Source: Candidatus Berkelbacteria bacterium
Lineage (GTDB): Bacteria; Patescibacteriota; UBA1384; VFKW01
DNA: 45,458 nt
Assembly (NCBI GenBank): GCA_009885355.1
Contig: VFKW01000035.1
Location: 1 to 45,458, forward strand
Reading direction: 5' to 3'
The notes beneath the pieces were generated by a model that saw only the letters and a program-made list of their open reading frames with translations, did not search any database and was not told the origin of the DNA. Below are positions 43,723-45,458 of this stretch, piece by piece (positions within the stretch are counted from its first letter, which is position 1; every line of letters starts with the position of its first letter). A program made the position numbers and the translations under genes.

Positions 43723-44607
43723 GTGCAGGATCATAGAATACCGTTGCCACTGCCTAGAGCACAACAAAGGGAGGTGATGAGGTTGGGCAAAGTATTTTCT
43801 TGGCAGCAAGTTTCCAAGAGATCAGTACCTTCAACAGAAGATTTCCTTGATGTGTCGTGCTATCTTGACGATAGAATCAAGGAGAGTGACCAAGTATTAT
43901 GTGCATTAAAGCTCGGCTCTGTCCTCAGAAATGATTTTAATGCGCGCAGCGACCTTGACTACTTGGTGATTTATTCATCTGAGCATAGGTTGCTTGCAAT
44001 GAAACTCTTTGGTGATTTTATAGACTATGCATCTAGACATAATGTACCATTGGGACTAATACCAATCAGCGAAATTGCATCAACCCAGTCCTTGCACTCA
44101 ATCACCAGGTACTTTTCAGGCCATATGCGTTGGTCGGCTGAACATGATGGGGCGATCAAGGGCAATCCAATTGAGACGATCAGCTTGGATCATCTCCACT
44201 CAAGTTTGAACATGGAAGTGGGAGACTATCTGCGGAATCGGTTGCTGACTCTAGAAAAGCTCTCCATTGAAATGGCTAGATGCAGCAATTCCATTTCAAA
44301 TGAGCACCTCTCAAAAGCCATGGGTATACCCGTCCATGTTGCACGTCAGATGCTCTGGATGAAGGGTGAAGATAGAGGTGAAGGGTCAAAATCAGTAGTC
44401 TGTGATGCTTACAGGGAATTATTTCCGGGTGAATTGGCAGATATACTGGCTCAGCTGGTAACGGCAGACGGTCACTACACCGAGGAGCTAAACAAGCAAC
44501 TCGTGAGACAAGACGAAGGAACCTATCGCCAAGCGCTGGGCATATTAGCAGATCTAATTCCTTTTATATATGAGTTTACAGAGAAGAACGCTCTGTTGAC
44601 CATATAG
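43723..44607 (+). CDS. Nucleotidyltransferase-domain protein
   Basis: LGSVLRND...SDLDYLV followed by a helical C-terminal domain. Confidence 0.75.
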   Translation: MQDHRIPLPLPRAQQREVMRLGKVFSWQQVSKRSVPSTEDFLDVSCYLDDRIKESDQVLCALKLGSVLRNDFNARSDLDYLVIYSSEHRLLAMKLFGDFIDYASRHNVPLGLIPISEIASTQSLHSITRYFSGHMRWSAEHDGAIKGNPIETISLDHLHSSLNMEVGDYLRNRLLTLEKLSIEMARCSNSISNEHLSKAMGIPVHVARQMLWMKGEDRGEGSKSVVCDAYRELFPGELADILAQLVTADGHYTEELNKQLVRQDEGTYRQALGILADLIPFIYEFTEKNALLTI

Positions 44608-44622
44608 ATGAGATATACTAAC

Positions 44623-44651
44623 GTCCGGTAATTCGTTACCGGACTCTTTTT
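44623..44651 (+). terminator. Intrinsic terminator
   Basis: GTCCGGTAA-TTCG-TTACCGGAC followed by TCTTTTT. Confidence 0.75.
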
Positions 44652-44820
44652 AAACTTTAGATACTTGTGCCCGACGACTACAGACTTCACCGAAAGTGAT
44701 TTAAAACCTGCAAGAGCCTCAAATTTTACAACTATATTTATATTCATTTACAAGATTATATTATTGGATTAAAATGATAATAAACTATTAGTCCGAATAA
44801 CTTATATCGAAAAATAGATA

Positions 44821-45396
44821 ATGTTTAAGAAAAAAGTATGTGGAATGAAACAATTTAAACCAAATAAAATAATTATTCTGCTCGCACCTTCTGGCTGCGG
44901 CAAAGATACTGTAATTAACTTATTAAAGACTGCTACCAACCTTAAAGTTGAGGCAGTAAAAAGACACACCACCAGAGAACTGCGGTTTGATGATAATGGT
45001 GAATATGAATTCGTATCACATTGCGAATTTGAAAATTTATTAAAGGATGATTTCTTCATATTGCCCAATATCTTTGCTGGACATTACTATGGGACATCAG
45101 TTAATGAAATAAAAGCTGTCGTTGACCGAAACCACATACCAATTTTGAAAGGTATGATTTATCAAGTTGAAGATTCTAAGCTTCGTTTAAAAAGGTTATT
45201 TCCAGAGAAGGAAGTAATTACTATATATATGAAAACCGATCCCGAAGATGCATGGCGTAATGTTTTAAAGCAGCGCAAATTTGAAGACTACCTGAAACGC
45301 ATAGAAGAGTCCAATAAAGAATACGAAGCAGCTCTTGGATCACATAAACATCTAGTATCAAATCATCTTAGTCTTTGTGCAATATCTCAAGCTTAA
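44821..45396 (+). CDS. Guanylate-kinase-like protein, C-terminus probably disrupted by an IS
   Basis: APSGCGKDT, RHTTR..R, YEFVS and YYGTS. Confidence 0.75.
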   Translation: MFKKKVCGMKQFKPNKIIILLAPSGCGKDTVINLLKTATNLKVEAVKRHTTRELRFDDNGEYEFVSHCEFENLLKDDFFILPNIFAGHYYGTSVNEIKAVVDRNHIPILKGMIYQVEDSKLRLKRLFPEKEVITIYMKTDPEDAWRNVLKQRKFEDYLKRIEESNKEYEAALGSHKHLVSNHLSLCAISQA

Positions 45397-45458
45397 ACTT
45401 TTTAATTGCTTTTTCTTTTGTAAATGTCCAGTTTATCTTGGATCTTTTTTTATTTCGA
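45353..45458 (-). mobile_element. Probable 3' end of an IS630-family element (partial)
   Basis: Minus frame 45457-45368 reads RNKKRSKINWTFTKEKAIKKFKLEILHKD*, like the RN....INW.FT...A..K tail of IS630 transposases. A CTAG (TA target) lies at 45352-45355. Confidence 0.6.

Noticed and set aside
44821..45396. Calling the gene the housekeeping gmk
   Set aside because: It is divergent, sits in an accessory context and is probably IS-truncated.
21150..45458. attR duplicate of the tRNA-Ser 3' end marking the island's far boundary
   Set aside because: No copy of TTCGAATCCCACCTCCTCC was seen by eye in the window, so the boundary is left undefined.

Overview
AT-rich bacterial window. Its gene families and dense palindromic intergenic repeats suggest a Patescibacteria/CPR genome (inference only). 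It has four parts. (1) 1-15.5 kb is a minus-strand cell-surface cluster: two cohesin-like proteins, a DUF916/WxL-interacting-like protein, a dockerin protein and a WxL-like secreted protein. These surround an atypical F-type ATPase operon, atpF-H-A-G-D-C. No atpB (subunit a) is present, and the atpE position holds a 680-aa secreted multi-Ig-domain protein ending in a c-subunit hairpin that lacks the ion-binding carboxylate. This is a candidate ion-uncoupled rotary motor linked to a surface structure and is the main finding. (2) 15.8-21.2 kb holds core genes (bcp, GT4 glycosyltransferase, rpoD, dnaG), a GIY-YIG gene among REP-like palindromes, and tRNA-Ser(GGA). (3) From 21.5 kb there is an island-like region: a large serine recombinase, a type I R-M system with an embedded ABC-ATPase, a SWIM protein, a 7TM kinase/receiver/GNAT trio, and an intact IS1202-like element with a 16-bp target duplication. 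(4) 36-45 kb is a small-molecule or nucleotide tailoring cluster: HAD, kinase-like protein, nucleotidyltransferases, carbamoyltransferase, divergent DHQ-synthase-like cyclase, two NUDIX enzymes and NMP kinases. It ends in a probable IS630 fragment. All calls come from reading motifs by eye; no database searches were run.
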